Assembly: GCA_017880775.1 (NCBI GenBank)
Contig: JADGRQ010000019.1
Span: 3,133 to 67,132, forward strand
Direction of reading: 5' to 3'
Length of the DNA stretch: 64,000 bases
Source of the DNA: Burkholderiales bacterium
Lineage (GTDB): Bacteria > Pseudomonadota > Gammaproteobacteria > Burkholderiales > SG8-39
Below are positions 49,219-58,096 of this stretch, piece by piece. Each line of letters starts with the position of its first letter. The stretch's first letter is position 1. The position numbers and the translations under genes were made by a program. The notes below the pieces were generated by a model. The model did not search any database, was not told the DNA's origin, and saw only the letters and a program-made list of their open reading frames with translations.

Positions 49219-50022
49219 ATGGGTATCCTCGCCGGAAAGAAAATCCTCGTCACCGGGCTGCTGTCGAACCGCTCGATCGCGTGGGGCATCGCGCGCGCAG
49301 CGCGGCGCGAGGGGGCTTCGCTCGCCCTTACCTATCAGAACGAGCGTTTCAGAGCGCGCGCCGAGGAGATGGCCCATGAGCTGGGCGGCGCCATCACCCT
49401 GCCCTGCGAGGTGACCGAAGACGCCGAGATCGACCGCCTGTTCGGCGAACTCGGCAAGCAATGGGACGGCCTGGACGGCCTGGTCCACTCGATCGCATTC
49501 GCTCCGCGCGAGGCGATCACCGGAGAGTTCCTCGACGGCTTCACGCGCGACGCGTTCCGCCAGGCGCACGATATCTCCGCCTACAGCTTCCCGGCGCTCG
49601 CGAAGGCGGCGCTGCCGATGATGAAGGACCGCAAGGCATCGCTGGTCACGCTGACTTATCTCGGGGCCGAGCGCGTGCTACCGCACTACAACACCATGGG
49701 ACTCGCCAAGGCGTCGCTCGAAGCAGCCGTGCGCTATCTCGCCGCGAACCTCGGCCCGATGGGCATTCGAGTCAATGGCATCTCCGCGGGACCGATCAAG
49801 ACGCTCGCCGCGGCCGGCATCGGCAACTTCACCAAGATTTTCAAGTTTGTCGAAAGCCAGTCGCCATTGCGCCGCAACGTGACCATCGATGATGTCGGCA
49901 ATGCGGCGGCGTTCCTGCTTTCCGATCTCGCTTCGGGCATCACGGGCGAGATCATGCATGTCGACGGCGGGTTCAATACCGTGATTTCAGGCCTGTTCGG
50001 CGATCTGGGCGGGAACCTGTGA
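49219..50022 (+). CDS. fabI: Enoyl-ACP reductase
   Basis: SNRSIAWGIA, YNTMGLAKASLE and SAGPIKTLAA motifs. Confidence 0.96.
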   Translation: MGILAGKKILVTGLLSNRSIAWGIARAARREGASLALTYQNERFRARAEEMAHELGGAITLPCEVTEDAEIDRLFGELGKQWDGLDGLVHSIAFAPREAITGEFLDGFTRDAFRQAHDISAYSFPALAKAALPMMKDRKASLVTLTYLGAERVLPHYNTMGLAKASLEAAVRYLAANLGPMGIRVNGISAGPIKTLAAAGIGNFTKIFKFVESQSPLRRNVTIDDVGNAAAFLLSDLASGITGEIMHVDGGFNTVISGLFGDLGGNL

Positions 50023-50987
50023 AACTTTTCCTGCTGGCAGCGACGCTCGCATTCGCCACGATCGCGCACGGGCAGGATGTCTATCCATCGCGTCCGGTCA
50101 CGATGATCATACCGTTTCCGCCCGGCGGCGTAGCCGACCTCACGGCCCGCGCGGTTGCACCGGCGATGGAAAGGGCGCTGCGGCAGCCGATCGTGGCGGT
50201 CAACCGCACCGGCGCCGGCGGCGAAGTCGGCTATGAAGCAGCGGCGAAGGCCAGGCCCGACGGCTATACGCTCCTGATGGCGCTGTCGTCGGTCACGATC
50301 GCGCCTGAATCACACCGCCTGTTCGACCGGCAGCCGAAATACGAAATGAACCAGCTTGCGCCGATCGCGCTGCTCTCGGCCGACCCGACAATCCTGGTGG
50401 TGCGCGCCGACAGCCCGTACCGGAGCGTCAGGGATTTCGTCGAGGCCGCGAAAGCCAATCCGGGGAAGATCAACTATTCTTCTTCGGGTGTGTACGGCAC
50501 CCTGCACGTCGCAATGGAGATGCTGGCACACGCCGCAGGAGTAAAGCTGTTTCACGTACCCTACCAGGGCGCCGGTCCTGCGGTCACCGCGCTGCTCGGC
50601 GGCCAGGTCGAGGCGCTCGCATCGGGCCCCTCGGCAGTCATCGCGCACATCAAGAGCGGCAAGCTTCGCGCGCTCGCCGGTTGGGGGGGCAAGCGCCTCG
50701 CCGCCTTGCCCGAACTGCCGACGTTCAAGGAACTCGGGATCGACGTCGAGTTCTACATCTGGGCGGGCATGTTCGCGCCCGCCGGGACCCCGGAGCCGGC
50801 AATGAAGACGCTGCGCGAGGCGGCACGACAGGCGGCGAACGATCCGGATTTCAAGACAACGATGGAAAGGCTCGCGACGCCGATCGCCTACCTGGATGCG
50901 CCCGAGTTCGCCGCGTTCGTCGATCGCGACGCGAAGATGCTCGCAGCCGCGCTGAAAAGAATCGGAAGGATCGAGGACACGAAATAA
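50019..50987 (+). CDS. Bug/TctC substrate-binding protein
   Basis: YPSRPVTMIIPFPPGG and HVPYQGAGPA motifs. Confidence 0.92.
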   Translation: MKLFLLAATLAFATIAHGQDVYPSRPVTMIIPFPPGGVADLTARAVAPAMERALRQPIVAVNRTGAGGEVGYEAAAKARPDGYTLLMALSSVTIAPESHRLFDRQPKYEMNQLAPIALLSADPTILVVRADSPYRSVRDFVEAAKANPGKINYSSSGVYGTLHVAMEMLAHAAGVKLFHVPYQGAGPAVTALLGGQVEALASGPSAVIAHIKSGKLRALAGWGGKRLAALPELPTFKELGIDVEFYIWAGMFAPAGTPEPAMKTLREAARQAANDPDFKTTMERLATPIAYLDAPEFAAFVDRDAKMLAAALKRIGRIEDTK

Positions 50988-50994
50988 TTGCGTG

Positions 50995-51049
50995 CTGGAT
51001 CCCCGCCCCCCGATAGATTCATTCGTGGGACAAGCTTCGCGGGGATGAC
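50995..51049. repeat. REP-like palindromic unit between convergent genes
   Basis: ctggatccccgc...cttcgcggggatgac, related to the right-hand unit at 12889-12915 but with an internal insertion. Confidence 0.6.
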
Positions 51050-51057
51050 CCTGCGGG

Positions 51058-52950
51058 TCACTTCTTCTCGAGGTTTGCCGTGTTGATCGCGATCTTTGCG
51101 CGCGCGCGCAGACTGGCCACGTAGGCTTCGTACTGCTGGGCACCGGCAGCCTGCGCCTGCCGCTCCGCTGCGGCCTTCGCCGCCTGCGCCTCGGGCGCCG
51201 CCTCGGCAACCTTGATCACCCGGTAGAGCGCGTAACCTTCCTCGCCCTTCATCGCACCGGTATGGGCCGGCAGCTTTGCCGGGTCGACCGCGAGTACCGA
51301 CCGAAGGGTCTGCGCATCCAGCCCGCCCGGATTGCGGCGTGAAACGCTCCGCGCCGGGCCCCACTTGATTCCCGCATCCTCGCCCTTCTGCAGCCGGGCG
51401 AGCCTTGCCTCGCCGTCGGTTTTTGCCAGCTTCGCCGCCTCGCTGCGGCGCAGTACGGCTTCGATTTCGGCGCGCACTTCCTCGAACTTGCGTTGCGCCA
51501 CGGGGCGGTGCTCGAGCACGCGTGCAGCCACTAGAACATTGGGCGCGATTTCGATCGCGTCGGTGTTGCGCCGGAACTTGATCGAGTCGGGCGAGAACAG
51601 CGCCCCGAGCAGCTTCGCGTTCGCGAGTGCGCTCTTGGGTTCCGGCGGGGACCTTCCGATCCAATCCGAGGTCTGCACCTTCAGCTTGAATTTCTCCGCC
51701 GCGGGCTGGAGGCTGTCGGACTGCTCGTAGACGGTGTTCGAGAACGCCTCAGCGGCTTCGGCAAAGCGCCGCGTGCCTTTTTGGCGCGCGAGTTCAGCCG
51801 ACAGCTCGGCGCGCACTTCGTCGAGCGTCCGGGTCTTGCCGGGCTGGATGCCGGTCAGCCGGATGATGTGGTAGCCGAATTCGGATTCGACGACGTCACT
51901 GATCTCGTTTTCCCGCAGCTTGTCGGCCGCATCCTCGAACGGCTTCGCCATCATCCCGTGGCCAAACAGGCCCAGATCGCCGCCGCGCTCGGCGGACCCG
52001 GTGTCCTGCGAATATTGCTTCGCGAGCTCGGCAAAACGTGCCGGGGACTTGCGCACCTGCGCGAGTATCTCGTCGGCCTTCTTGCGTGCCGCCTGCCGGT
52101 CCTCCGCCTTCGCGTCCGTGGCGATCTGGATCAGGATGTGACTCGCGCGCCGCTGCTCGTCTTGGCGGTACTGGCTGACGCGCGCATCGTAGGCCGCCTT
52201 GAGTTCGGCCTCGCTCACCGGCTCCTGCGCGCCCAGCTGTTCGGCCGAAAGAACCACGTACTCGGCCTTGACCGCCTCGGGCGTGCGGAACTCCGCGAGG
52301 TTGGCTTCGTAATGGCTCTTGAGCGTGGCTTCGTCGATCTTCACCTGCGACAGGAACGGCTGCGCCGAAATCACGGCTTCCGCGATCTCGCGCGTCTGCT
52401 CTTCGAGCGCGACCAGGCGCGCCGCGACCTCGCGCGACTGGATCGCGCCGGCCGCCACCGAGCGGCCGATCTGCTCCAGCCGGATGTCGCGGCGAAGGCT
52501 CTCGACGAACGCCTCCTCGGTGAGGTTTTGCGCCCGCAGCAGCAGTTTCGCGGTTTCCGGGTCGAAGCGCCCGTCCTTCTGGAACGCCGGGATGCCGCCA
52601 ATCACTTCGTCCAGCCGTGCCTTGCTCACCATGAGCCGCGCGCGAGCAGCCTCCGCGGAAATCACCCGCTGGTTGATCATCGCATCGAGCACCCCGCGAC
52701 GCATGTCGGCGGTATCGAAGGCGGCCGGATCGACGCCCGGCCCCACCAGGCGCCGCATGCGCTCCTGCTGCTGGCGCAGCTCCTCGGTGAACTCGCGCTG
52801 CGATATGCTCGCGCCGTCGACCGCGGCCACGTCCTCGGCGTTGCTTCTACCCCTCGTGTACGCCTCCAGTCCGAAGAATGCGAACGGAATGATGATCAGG
52901 CCCAGAATGACCTGGATCAGGCGTTTGTGTTTTTCGACCAGATCGAACAT
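51058..52950 (-). CDS. ppiD: Peptidyl-prolyl isomerase D (SurA_N plus parvulin)
   Basis: N-terminal TM; RRASHILI, SQDTGSAERGGDLG and EFGYHII motifs; syntenic with lon-hupB. Confidence 0.93.
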   Translation of the reverse strand: MFDLVEKHKRLIQVILGLIIIPFAFFGLEAYTRGRSNAEDVAAVDGASISQREFTEELRQQQERMRRLVGPGVDPAAFDTADMRRGVLDAMINQRVISAEAARARLMVSKARLDEVIGGIPAFQKDGRFDPETAKLLLRAQNLTEEAFVESLRRDIRLEQIGRSVAAGAIQSREVAARLVALEEQTREIAEAVISAQPFLSQVKIDEATLKSHYEANLAEFRTPEAVKAEYVVLSAEQLGAQEPVSEAELKAAYDARVSQYRQDEQRRASHILIQIATDAKAEDRQAARKKADEILAQVRKSPARFAELAKQYSQDTGSAERGGDLGLFGHGMMAKPFEDAADKLRENEISDVVESEFGYHIIRLTGIQPGKTRTLDEVRAELSAELARQKGTRRFAEAAEAFSNTVYEQSDSLQPAAEKFKLKVQTSDWIGRSPPEPKSALANAKLLGALFSPDSIKFRRNTDAIEIAPNVLVAARVLEHRPVAQRKFEEVRAEIEAVLRRSEAAKLAKTDGEARLARLQKGEDAGIKWGPARSVSRRNPGGLDAQTLRSVLAVDPAKLPAHTGAMKGEEGYALYRVIKVAEAAPEAQAAKAAAERQAQAAGAQQYEAYVASLRARAKIAINTANLEKK

Positions 52951-52954
52951 TGGC

Positions 52955-52985
52955 GAAATGAAAGGGCGAACCTTCGTTCGCCCTT
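52955..52985 (-). terminator. Hairpin after tRNA-Asp, probable intrinsic terminator
   Basis: 10-bp stem aagggcgaac (52962-52971)/gttcgccctt (52976-52985), 4-nt loop, followed by tcattt on the minus strand. Confidence 0.6.
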
Positions 52986-52992
52986 GAAATGT

Positions 52993-53069
52993 TGGCGGAG
53001 TGGACGGGACTCGAACCCGCGACCCCCGGCGTGACAGGCCGGTATTCTAACCAACTGAACTACCACTCC
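52993..53069 (-). tRNA. tRNA-Asp(GTC)
   Basis: 77-nt cloverleaf GGAGTGGTAGTTCAGTTGGTTAGAATACCGGCCTGTCACGCCGG...GTTCGAGTC...CCGCCA. Confidence 0.97.
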
Positions 53070-53073
53070 TGCA

Positions 53074-53121
53074 TGGTGGGTGCGGAGAGGGTCGAACTCC
53101 CGACATCTGCCTTGTAAGGGC
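53074..53121 (-). repeat. att site: 48-bp duplicate of the tRNA-Val 3' end
   Basis: Identical to 63336-63383; diverges just beyond the anticodon stem. Confidence 0.95.
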
Positions 53122-53228
53122 GGAATTCCGGGCTTTCGGCGTCCATCCACGTCCATCTAAATACACAACCTACAGAGGGAAAACCGCCAAACCGTCTACA
53201 CCAGTCCACTTGCGTTTAAGGCCGTACA

Positions 53229-53250
53229 GTTTCATACTCGTTTCGTACCT
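53229..53250 (+). promoter_or_regulatory. Tandem 11-bp repeats, candidate integrase arm-type sites (left)
   Basis: gtttcatactc gtttcgtacct, matched by the pair at 63281-63302. Confidence 0.6.
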
Positions 53251-53266
53251 GACCGGAATCTCGACC

Positions 53267-54393
53267 ATGCGCATCGACCGAGTAGACACCCGAGCCAAGC
53301 TCAAACTACGCCGCGACCCCTACTGGTATCGCATCCTGCAGGGCCGCTACATCGGCTATCGCCGGATGTCTGTCACGACCCCCGGCACCTGGCTCGCCCG
53401 ATACTACGACGGCGAAGTCTACAAATACCACCGTCTCGGCGAATTCGAGATTTTACCCGAAAAGGGGCGCTTCGACGCTGCCCGGCGCGCGGCTGAGGAG
53501 TGGTTCAAGCACCTGGACCGCGGCGGCTCGAGCGTGGCATCGAGCGTTAAGGCCGCGTGCGCCGCCTACGTCGAGCATTTGAAGGTCGAGAAGTCAGAGG
53601 CGGCAGCCGCGGATGCGAAGGGGCGCTTCGGCCGGCTGGTCGACGCCGATCTGCTCGGCCCGATCCTGCTGCAAAAGCTGGCTCCACGTCATGTAGTCGA
53701 TTGGAAAGTCCGGGTGCTCGCGAAAGGCGGCACGCGCGGATCGTTCAACCGCAACGCAACTGCACTGCGGGCTGCGCTCAACCTTGCCTATCAGCGCCGT
53801 GAAGTAGCCAGCGACCATGCTTGGTCAGATGAGCTTCGACCCTTCAAGCAAGCCGATGGGCAGCGCACGCTGTACCTCGACCTCGACGCGCGTCGCAAGC
53901 TGATCGAGAAAGCCCCCGCGGAAGTACGTCCCCTGCTCACGGCGCTGGCGCTGGTGCCCATGCGCCCGGGTGAACTGGTCAACACCTGAGGGTCGAGAAC
54001 CTGGACGCAGCACAGCGCCTCCTGAACGTCCCCGGAGGCAAGACCGGGGCGCGGCCGATCCCGCTCGGCGCCGAGGCGCTGGCGCACTTCACGGAATGCG
54101 CGCGCGACAAGCTGCCCGGAGCGTGGCTGATTGCGCGCAGCGATGGCGGGCAGTGGACCCGCTATTCATGGGGCGACGCGGTCAGGGAAGCCGTACAGGC
54201 CGCGAAGCTACCGAAGGCCACCTGCGCCTACACGCTGCGGCACAGCTCGATCACCGATCTCGTCAAGGGCGGCTTGGATCTGTTCCACGTCGCCAAGGTC
54301 GCCGGCACGAGTGTGCTGATGATCGAACGGCATTACGGGCACCTGCAACGCGAGCACGCGAGGAGCGCGCTCGAGAAGCTGGCCCTTGCATAG
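53267..54393 (+). pseudogene. Tyrosine integrase, frameshifted near 53985
   Basis: PMRPGEL (catalytic R) in the first frame. Removing 2 nt from aacacctg restores GGKTG...AYTLRHSSIT...AGTSVLMIERHYGHL to TAG at 54393. Confidence 0.88.
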
Positions 54394-54487
54394 ACCGACC
54401 CGGCGGATTCCGGAAAGCGGCCCGAACGCTCGCGATAACGAGCGCCGGGCCTGACCACAACGCAGCACCTGATTGGAGGTACGCATC

Positions 54488-55258
54488 ATGGCTGAGCGGC
54501 AGTCTACTGCTGAAGACCTGAAGAGCGGGTCCGACCTATTCGCCGACTTCTACAACGGGACCCAGGAGGAACTTGTGGCCGCCGGCGTCTGCAAACGCAA
54601 TTGGTTTCCCGAGGCGCTAATTCCGGAGTTCTGCAAGGATGGGCGGCCAAAGATTGGGAACAACGGGCGCCAGCGCTACAAGCGCACGTATTGCGTCGAG
54701 AATTCTTCGCCTGCTGTTGAGCTTTGGCATCGCCGAGATTCCTTCGGGCACGAATTTTGGATCGTTCGTATCGAAGTTACGAAACAGGAAGCCGCACGGC
54801 GCCAGACCGACAGTAACCGGGAAGCCGAAACACAGGCCAGAGAGGACGAAAAGCGGTGTCGTGAACGGGAGGAACAGACCGCTCGTGCGAAAGAGGCGGC
54901 GCGTCCGGTCGTCAGCCAATTGCGCAAGCGTTACCCAGACCTAATCCTCATCGAGGGTGAAATTCATACTTGCGACGATGGAAACCGCGTGCAGAGCCTG
55001 ACGTTCTACGCTCGCTCGTTGGAGGCTCTCCGTCGGCACGATCTGTTGACGGAGGAGATCTTGAGCGTTCCGCTGGAGAACAACAATAGCTTCGGTGAGA
55101 TCAAGGGCGGCGGCAGTTTCTTTTTCTTCTCCGGCAGTGACGCCCGCGGAGCGTACTGGTATATCACCCTGCGAACTCAAGAGACGCTGCGGGAGAGGAA
55201 ATGCTTCCCGGTGACGGAAGCGAGGGGACTGCTCAAGAGTATCGCCGCCAGAGCATGA
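54488..55258 (+). CDS. Hypothetical protein (element cargo)
   Basis: Long ORF with RBS ggagg; no family recognised. Confidence 0.6.
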   Translation: MAERQSTAEDLKSGSDLFADFYNGTQEELVAAGVCKRNWFPEALIPEFCKDGRPKIGNNGRQRYKRTYCVENSSPAVELWHRRDSFGHEFWIVRIEVTKQEAARRQTDSNREAETQAREDEKRCREREEQTARAKEAARPVVSQLRKRYPDLILIEGEIHTCDDGNRVQSLTFYARSLEALRRHDLLTEEILSVPLENNNSFGEIKGGGSFFFFSGSDARGAYWYITLRTQETLRERKCFPVTEARGLLKSIAARA

Positions 55259-55785
55259 ACCGCGGCGAACGCTCAGTGAGCAGGAAGAGCAAGGTACCGC
55301 GGGCCAGATCACCGGCTCGCGTTGCTTCGCGCAAGAAGTCTGATGAAATGTTTGTCATGGTCAAGGGATCGGGCGGTGGATTCGTTCTTTCCTTGTACCG
55401 ACTGGAGCAGATCGAAGCTGCGCTCAGGCGAGGTGATCCACTTGACGATCGCGCCCGGCGGGATGTGCTCAGGTTGATTGATCACGTCGCATTCCGTCAC
55501 CTGCAGGAAACCTGGTCCCACCGCGGACGCCGGGCCGACCCAACGATGAAGCTGTGCGCTGCAATCGTCCATGAGCTTCACGCGCACCATGGAATCAAGA
55601 TTGAGGCCGCTGTGTCGGCGATGGTGCGCGAGGATTTCGGCACCGAAGATGCGCGCCGCAAGTTGCGCCAAAATATAGAGCGCGCCCATCGAACGCTCAA
55701 TGCCAGCGGCACGAAATATCCTGTCGCCGAGAGACTTGTGCGTGAGGCCCTGGCGCGCATCAATCCCCCGCAAGACCGGAAGTAA
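55255..55785 (+). CDS. Hypothetical basic, helical protein
   Basis: ATGA-coupled to the upstream ORF; no family recognised. Confidence 0.55.
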   Translation: MNRGERSVSRKSKVPRARSPARVASRKKSDEMFVMVKGSGGGFVLSLYRLEQIEAALRRGDPLDDRARRDVLRLIDHVAFRHLQETWSHRGRRADPTMKLCAAIVHELHAHHGIKIEAAVSAMVREDFGTEDARRKLRQNIERAHRTLNASGTKYPVAERLVREALARINPPQDRK

Positions 55786-55872
55786 TTCGCTCGAATTGTT
55801 TCCGCCTGTTGTTCTGGCGTAGCCTGCGCCGCATGTTCTAGTCTGTGTCCGTAGTGCTCTTAAAGGACGGAC

Positions 55873-56112
55873 ATGGATACAAAGGCATCTGCGGCACAAG
55901 CCGGATTCTCAATCGCTGAGTGGGCTCCTGCAGCCGGAATATCACGCTCCGGCTATTACGTGCTATCGGCCGAGATCAAGCCGGCCTCGGTGAAAATTGG
56001 CAAGCGGACGATCATCACTGAAGCGCCCGCCCGATGGCTGCGGCGCGTGGCCAAGATGCAGCGCGGAGTGCAGCGCGGAGTTCCGACTGCTGAGACCAGC
56101 AAGGCCGCTTGA
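55873..56112 (+). CDS. AlpA/excisionase-like HTH protein
   Basis: FSIAEWAPAAGISRSGYY...VKIGKRTII...WL winged-HTH pattern; RBS aagga. Confidence 0.75.
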   Translation: MDTKASAAQAGFSIAEWAPAAGISRSGYYVLSAEIKPASVKIGKRTIITEAPARWLRRVAKMQRGVQRGVPTAETSKAA

Positions 56113-56113
56113 C

Positions 56114-56305
56114 GTGGACGCTTCGGCGCCCGTGCAACTGGATCACGGCATTCGCTCGCGCACGTTGCGCGATGCTGGGCTGAGGGCGATCGAGCGCGGC
56201 GATCTCGGGGTCGCCAAGCAGTGCCTGATCGAGTTGGGGCATTCCGGGCTCGATCTCGATTTTCGAACGTTGTCTACGGCGTATCTCGCCGCGGCGGCGA
56301 TCTGA
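56114..56305 (+). CDS. Small hypothetical protein
   Basis: Fills the gap between the AlpA-like and rep-like genes; GTG start. Confidence 0.4.
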   Translation: MDASAPVQLDHGIRSRTLRDAGLRAIERGDLGVAKQCLIELGHSGLDLDFRTLSTAYLAAAAI

Positions 56306-56319
56306 CCGGGCTCGGCTGA

Positions 56320-57078
56320 ATGGCGAGAGGGCGCAAAAAGCTCGACTCATCGCGCGACCACGGCGGATTTGTGGCGCTGCCGTGGAGCGTGCTCGATTCC
56401 GCCGCCTACCTATCCCTGTCCGCCCATGCCAAGGCGCTGCTGTTGGAGGTTGCCCGGCAGTATCACCGAGACGACAACGGCCGCATGCTGCTGTCACGCA
56501 AGTACCTGGCGCCGCGGGGCTGGAATAGCAGCGACATGATCATGAAGGCGAAGCGCGAACTGCTCGAGGCTGAATTGATCTTCGAGACTGCCAAGGGCAT
56601 GCGACCGAACAAGGCGAGCTGGTACGCCTGCACCTTTTACTCGCTCGACAAGATCCTCGGCTTCGACCCTGGAGTTGAGCAGGCGTTTGAGCGCGGAGCC
56701 TATCGCAAGAAAAACGGCGCATGCCTTAGACCGTCAGGCGGTACAGAGAAGCCCGCCATTGCACCGCCCCACGGTACAGGGACACCCCTTGCTGTACCGC
56801 CCCACGGTGCTATCAGACCCATTTTCGACCCTCTCTCTGTACCGCAGGACGGACACCCTCAAGAGTTGCCATCTACAGGTGTTCGAATTGAAGGTGGTCT
56901 TGCTGCTGTTGAATCAGATTCTGAAGCAAAAAAGGGAGGAAAAACCCGATCGCGCGCCGTCGCGCCGAAAGCGGCATGGATTTGCCGACACCCGGGCTGC
57001 GAGACGATCGCGCTCAAGCGGTACTGCGACAAGCACCGGAACACGGCGGTCGCGGACACGGCGGCGGCCGGCGCATGA
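56320..57078 (+). CDS. Phage/satellite replication-initiator-like HTH protein with C-terminal Zn ribbon
   Basis: FVALPWSVLDS.AYLSLSAHAKALLL...NG HTH N-terminus, internal iteron-like repeats, C-terminal CRHPGC...YCDKH. Confidence 0.6.
   Translation: MARGRKKLDSSRDHGGFVALPWSVLDSAAYLSLSAHAKALLLEVARQYHRDDNGRMLLSRKYLAPRGWNSSDMIMKAKRELLEAELIFETAKGMRPNKASWYACTFYSLDKILGFDPGVEQAFERGAYRKKNGACLRPSGGTEKPAIAPPHGTGTPLAVPPHGAIRPIFDPLSVPQDGHPQELPSTGVRIEGGLAAVESDSEAKKGGKTRSRAVAPKAAWICRHPGCETIALKRYCDKHRNTAVADTAAAGA
56730..56853. repeat. Four ACCG-N5-CGG(T) palindromes, candidate iterons/origin
   Basis: At 56730, 56763, 56796 and 56841 (spacing 33, 33, 45 bp), followed by an AT-richer tract. Confidence 0.6.
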
Positions 57079-57312
57079 GCACGCACAGCCGCGGCTTCGG
57101 GTTGGTACAGGCCGCAGCAGCGACGCCCCGATGCGCTGCGTCCTTACCCTCAACCGCATTGCGATCGCGCAGCCTGCGCCAGCCTGGCGGCGATGTGGGT
57201 ATCCCCGGCGGGGGACTTCGGCATTCGATGTTCGTGTCGAGCGAAGGACCGTCGGCCAATCATTTAATCGCATGCCCAGAATTGACGAAATCGAATTCGG
57301 TGGAGAAACTCG

Positions 57313-57588
57313 ATGACTGACGCTTGCCCGAAGTGCGGCGCCCCGATCCCCGACGCGGGCGGACCTGGCCGGCCGAAAATCTTCTGCTCGACCGGCTGCC
57401 GGCGCTTGGCAGAGTACGAAATCCGGCGACTCAACGAGACGATCGGCAAGCTTGAGGACTCGGCGCGATCGCTACGCAATCCGGCGACGTTGCACCTCGA
57501 AAGCGACGCGCTCCACCTCGATTTTCTGGCAGCGGAAATTGCGCGGGCGGAAGCTCGTCTGCGCGCGTTGATTACGGCGGATGGATGA
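57313..57588 (+). CDS. Small Zn-finger/coiled-coil protein
   Basis: CPKCG...GRPKIFCSTGCR; RBS ggag. Confidence 0.6.
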   Translation: MTDACPKCGAPIPDAGGPGRPKIFCSTGCRRLAEYEIRRLNETIGKLEDSARSLRNPATLHLESDALHLDFLAAEIARAEARLRALITADG

Positions 57589-57905
57589 AGGCGAAGCTAC
57601 AGACGCTCAAACCCCAGGTGCCGATGCAGGGTGATCGGCTGCCGGTGATGCGGCCGGGATACGGGTTTGACGCTACCCCGCGTGATCGTGGGCGCCCATG
57701 GAGGCGTAAGCGTGCGGCCTGGCTGGCCGAGCACCCTCTGTGCTGCGCGTGCGAAGCCAAGGGCCGAGTCGCGGTGGCCGTGATCGTTGACCACGTCGTG
57801 CCCCTTTGGCGTGGCGGAGCGGACGACGCGAGCAACTACCAGTCGTTGTGCGGACCTGACCACGCGGCCAAGTCGGCGCGCGAGGCGGTTGAGCGTGCGA
57901 AGTAA
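57585..57905 (+). CDS. HNH endonuclease (cos-phage packaging type)
   Basis: HPLCCAC...VDHVVP...GG...NYQSLCGPDHAAKS. Confidence 0.88.
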   Translation: MKAKLQTLKPQVPMQGDRLPVMRPGYGFDATPRDRGRPWRRKRAAWLAEHPLCCACEAKGRVAVAVIVDHVVPLWRGGADDASNYQSLCGPDHAAKSAREAVERAK

Positions 57906-58096
57906 TGACGGGGGGCTTCGCGATATCGGCTTCGACCCTTTCGCGGATACCTCGTCATGTTCCATTCATACTTTAAATCCTCGTTTGATTTAATCATCAA
58001 ACCGCAGGGAATCATCAAACTGTCGGAAATCATCAAAATGCCGATCTGGTCTTCTCCGCGCTTTGATTTCCGTTTGATTCTTGCGGAGGTTTGATT
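57905..58096. promoter_or_regulatory. Candidate cos/packaging site with repeated protein-binding elements
   Basis: Lies between HNH and the TerS-like gene. AATCATCAAA x3 at an 18-bp period, TTTGATT x4, and inverted repeat atgacgggg/cctcgtcat. Confidence 0.6.

Noticed and set aside
47609-49414. Long antisense and alternate-frame ORFs (for example 47609-49414, 25251-26909, 20657-22171, 41777-43315)
   Set aside because: Shadows of real genes caused by high GC3 codon bias; no motifs or RBS.
53074-53121. Second tRNA-Val gene
   Set aside because: Only the 3' 48 nt are present, with no D arm or 5' acceptor strand. It is the att duplication.
56057-56080. 12-bp tandem duplication (tgcagcgcggag x2) in the alpA-like gene
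   Set aside because: In-frame slip in a likely unstructured tail; no evidence of function.
57984-58096. CRISPR array
   Set aside because: The repeats are 7-10 bp with ~8-bp spacers and there are no cas genes. No CRISPR array was seen anywhere in the window.
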